A stretch of 64,000 nucleotides of DNA, from positions 1-64,000 of IMG/VR virus record IMGVR_UViG_3300002140_000159; one strand, written 5' to 3'. Positions 63,271 through 64,000 of this stretch are shown here, piece by piece. The stretch is from a virus. The translations under genes were made by a program, and so were the position numbers. How positions within the stretch are numbered: position 1 is the first letter of the stretch; each line of letters opens with the position of its first letter. Under the pieces are notes generated by a model. That model worked only from the letters and a program-made list of their open reading frames with translations. It was not told the DNA's origin and made no database searches.

Positions 63271-64000
63271 TTAATTCTCCATTGAGTAATGAATAACTTT
63301 GCCAAATGGCGCAGTAAATTCTTTGTGGTCGTGGATAAGCCAAAGTGTTTTGACTTTAGTATCTAGGTTGTAAAAATGAAAATAGCCGTCAGTGAATACC
63401 AGTAATAGCTGTGGTTTATTTTCATTAGCCCATTCAAGCACAGGATTAATATGTGTACCGCCACGGCCTATAAAATCAATATCCATCAGATCACGTACAT
63501 TACGTACTTTAGAGACAGATTTAATTTCAGTATCAAATTGCACCAGTGTTATCTTTTCTGGCTTCATCATTTTCATGATGTTTTGTGTTTCACTGACAAA
63601 TCGTAGAAAGTCTTCGTCGGTAACTGAGCCAGATATATCTACAGCAATTGCTATATCAATTAATTGGTTGCTGAACAAACTAGGTAAGTGATACTGCGGA
63701 AAGAATCTCCTGTTTGGTTTGCGGAATGTGTAATCATTCTTTGCAAACGCCAACAGATACTTTTGCAGAATACGATGCCAAGGCAGTCTAGGTTCCAGTA
63801 ACCTGTTTAGGAATATCTGAATCTCGCCTGGAATAGCACCTGGCTTTTCATTAGCCATTTGAGACTTTAATGCTGCACGCATTAATATGTCTTGTATTTC
63901 TCGCTCAACTAATTCAGAAGGCTCATCACAATCTTGCAAGTCACCATCCATGGGTTGTGGAGGAGGCTTGGGTAATTGGATGAGTATCTTGTAGATATCT
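63271..64000 (-). CDS. VWA-like (DUF2201-type) domain protein, N-terminus cut by window edge
   Basis: IAIAVDISGSV (MIDAS-like DxSxS), LVQFDTEI, GGTHINP, LVFTDGYF. The reading frame stays open upstream of the first Met to position 64000. Confidence 0.7.
   Translation of the reverse strand, partial: DIYKILIQLPKPPPQPMDGDLQDCDEPSELVEREIQDILMRAALKSQMANEKPGAIPGEIQIFLNRLLEPRLPWHRILQKYLLAFAKNDYTFRKPNRRFFPQYHLPSLFSNQLIDIAIAVDISGSVTDEDFLRFVSETQNIMKMMKPEKITLVQFDTEIKSVSKVRNVRDLMDIDFIGRGGTHINPVLEWANENKPQLLLVFTDGYFHFYNLDTKVKTLWLIHDHKEFTAPFGKVIHYSMEN

Larger units (their letters stand above)
1..64000. mobile_element. Phage genome segment (vRNAP-encoding podophage-like virus with integration module), attP/unintegrated configuration
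   Basis: All recognisable genes are phage-type. The partial tRNA-Asn attP core and the integrase lie between phage modules rather than at a host junction. Confidence 0.85.

Noticed and set aside
1-64000. CRISPR arrays, rRNA genes, IS elements, and N4-type RNAPII (gp15/16-like) or CI/Cro-type repressor genes
   Set aside because: None was recognisable in this window. RNAPII-like or repressor genes may lie in the part of the genome outside the window, so their absence cannot be concluded.

Overview
The window is essentially all phage DNA with about 70 credible genes. It looks like most of the genome of a podophage-like virus of a proteobacterial host, in the unintegrated (attP) configuration. 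Modules in order: (1) + strand 0.57-25.8 kb holds the packaging, head and internal-virion operon (putative TerS, SLT-like protein, TerL, portal, scaffold, major capsid, several virion proteins). It ends in a 3,530-aa ORF carrying T7/N4-type single-subunit RNA polymerase motifs, so I call it an N4-like virion RNA polymerase. (2) - strand 25.9-38.0 kb holds accessory, recombination, replication and nucleotide-metabolism genes: an RpoA alpha-CTD-like protein, a DUF2829 (Tad2-like) fusion, RuvC-like, SSB-like, Sak4-like ATPase, primase/helicase, PD-(D/E)XK nuclease, NrdA/NrdB and ThyX. (3) + strand 38.1-44.8 kb holds tail and tail-fibre genes. (4) + strand 44.8-52.2 kb is an unusual accessory island, described below. 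(5) 52.2-55.0 kb holds the lysis cassette (holin, GH24 endolysin, embedded Rz/Rz1) plus a small HExxH protein and an HTH-metallophosphoesterase fusion. (6) 55.0-56.6 kb holds attP (the 3' 48 nt of tRNA-Asn(GUU)), flanking repeated arm-type motifs, a lambda-type integrase and a DUF4224 Xis-like gene. (7) - strand 56.7-64.0 kb holds small early genes, family-A DNA polymerase, a Dda/RecD-like helicase and a VWA-domain protein truncated by the window edge. The best candidate for a new system is the island in (4). It is translationally coupled to a tail fibre that ends in an (Asn-Cys)n peptide. It encodes four cupin / 2OG-Fe(II) (Asp/Asn beta-hydroxylase-like) proteins, two His-box di-iron desaturase-like membrane proteins, a GNAT-like protein and a radical SAM/SPASM maturase. 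The second notable point is a vRNAP phage that also carries a complete lambda-like integration module. All functional calls rest on motif recognition by eye; no database search was possible.
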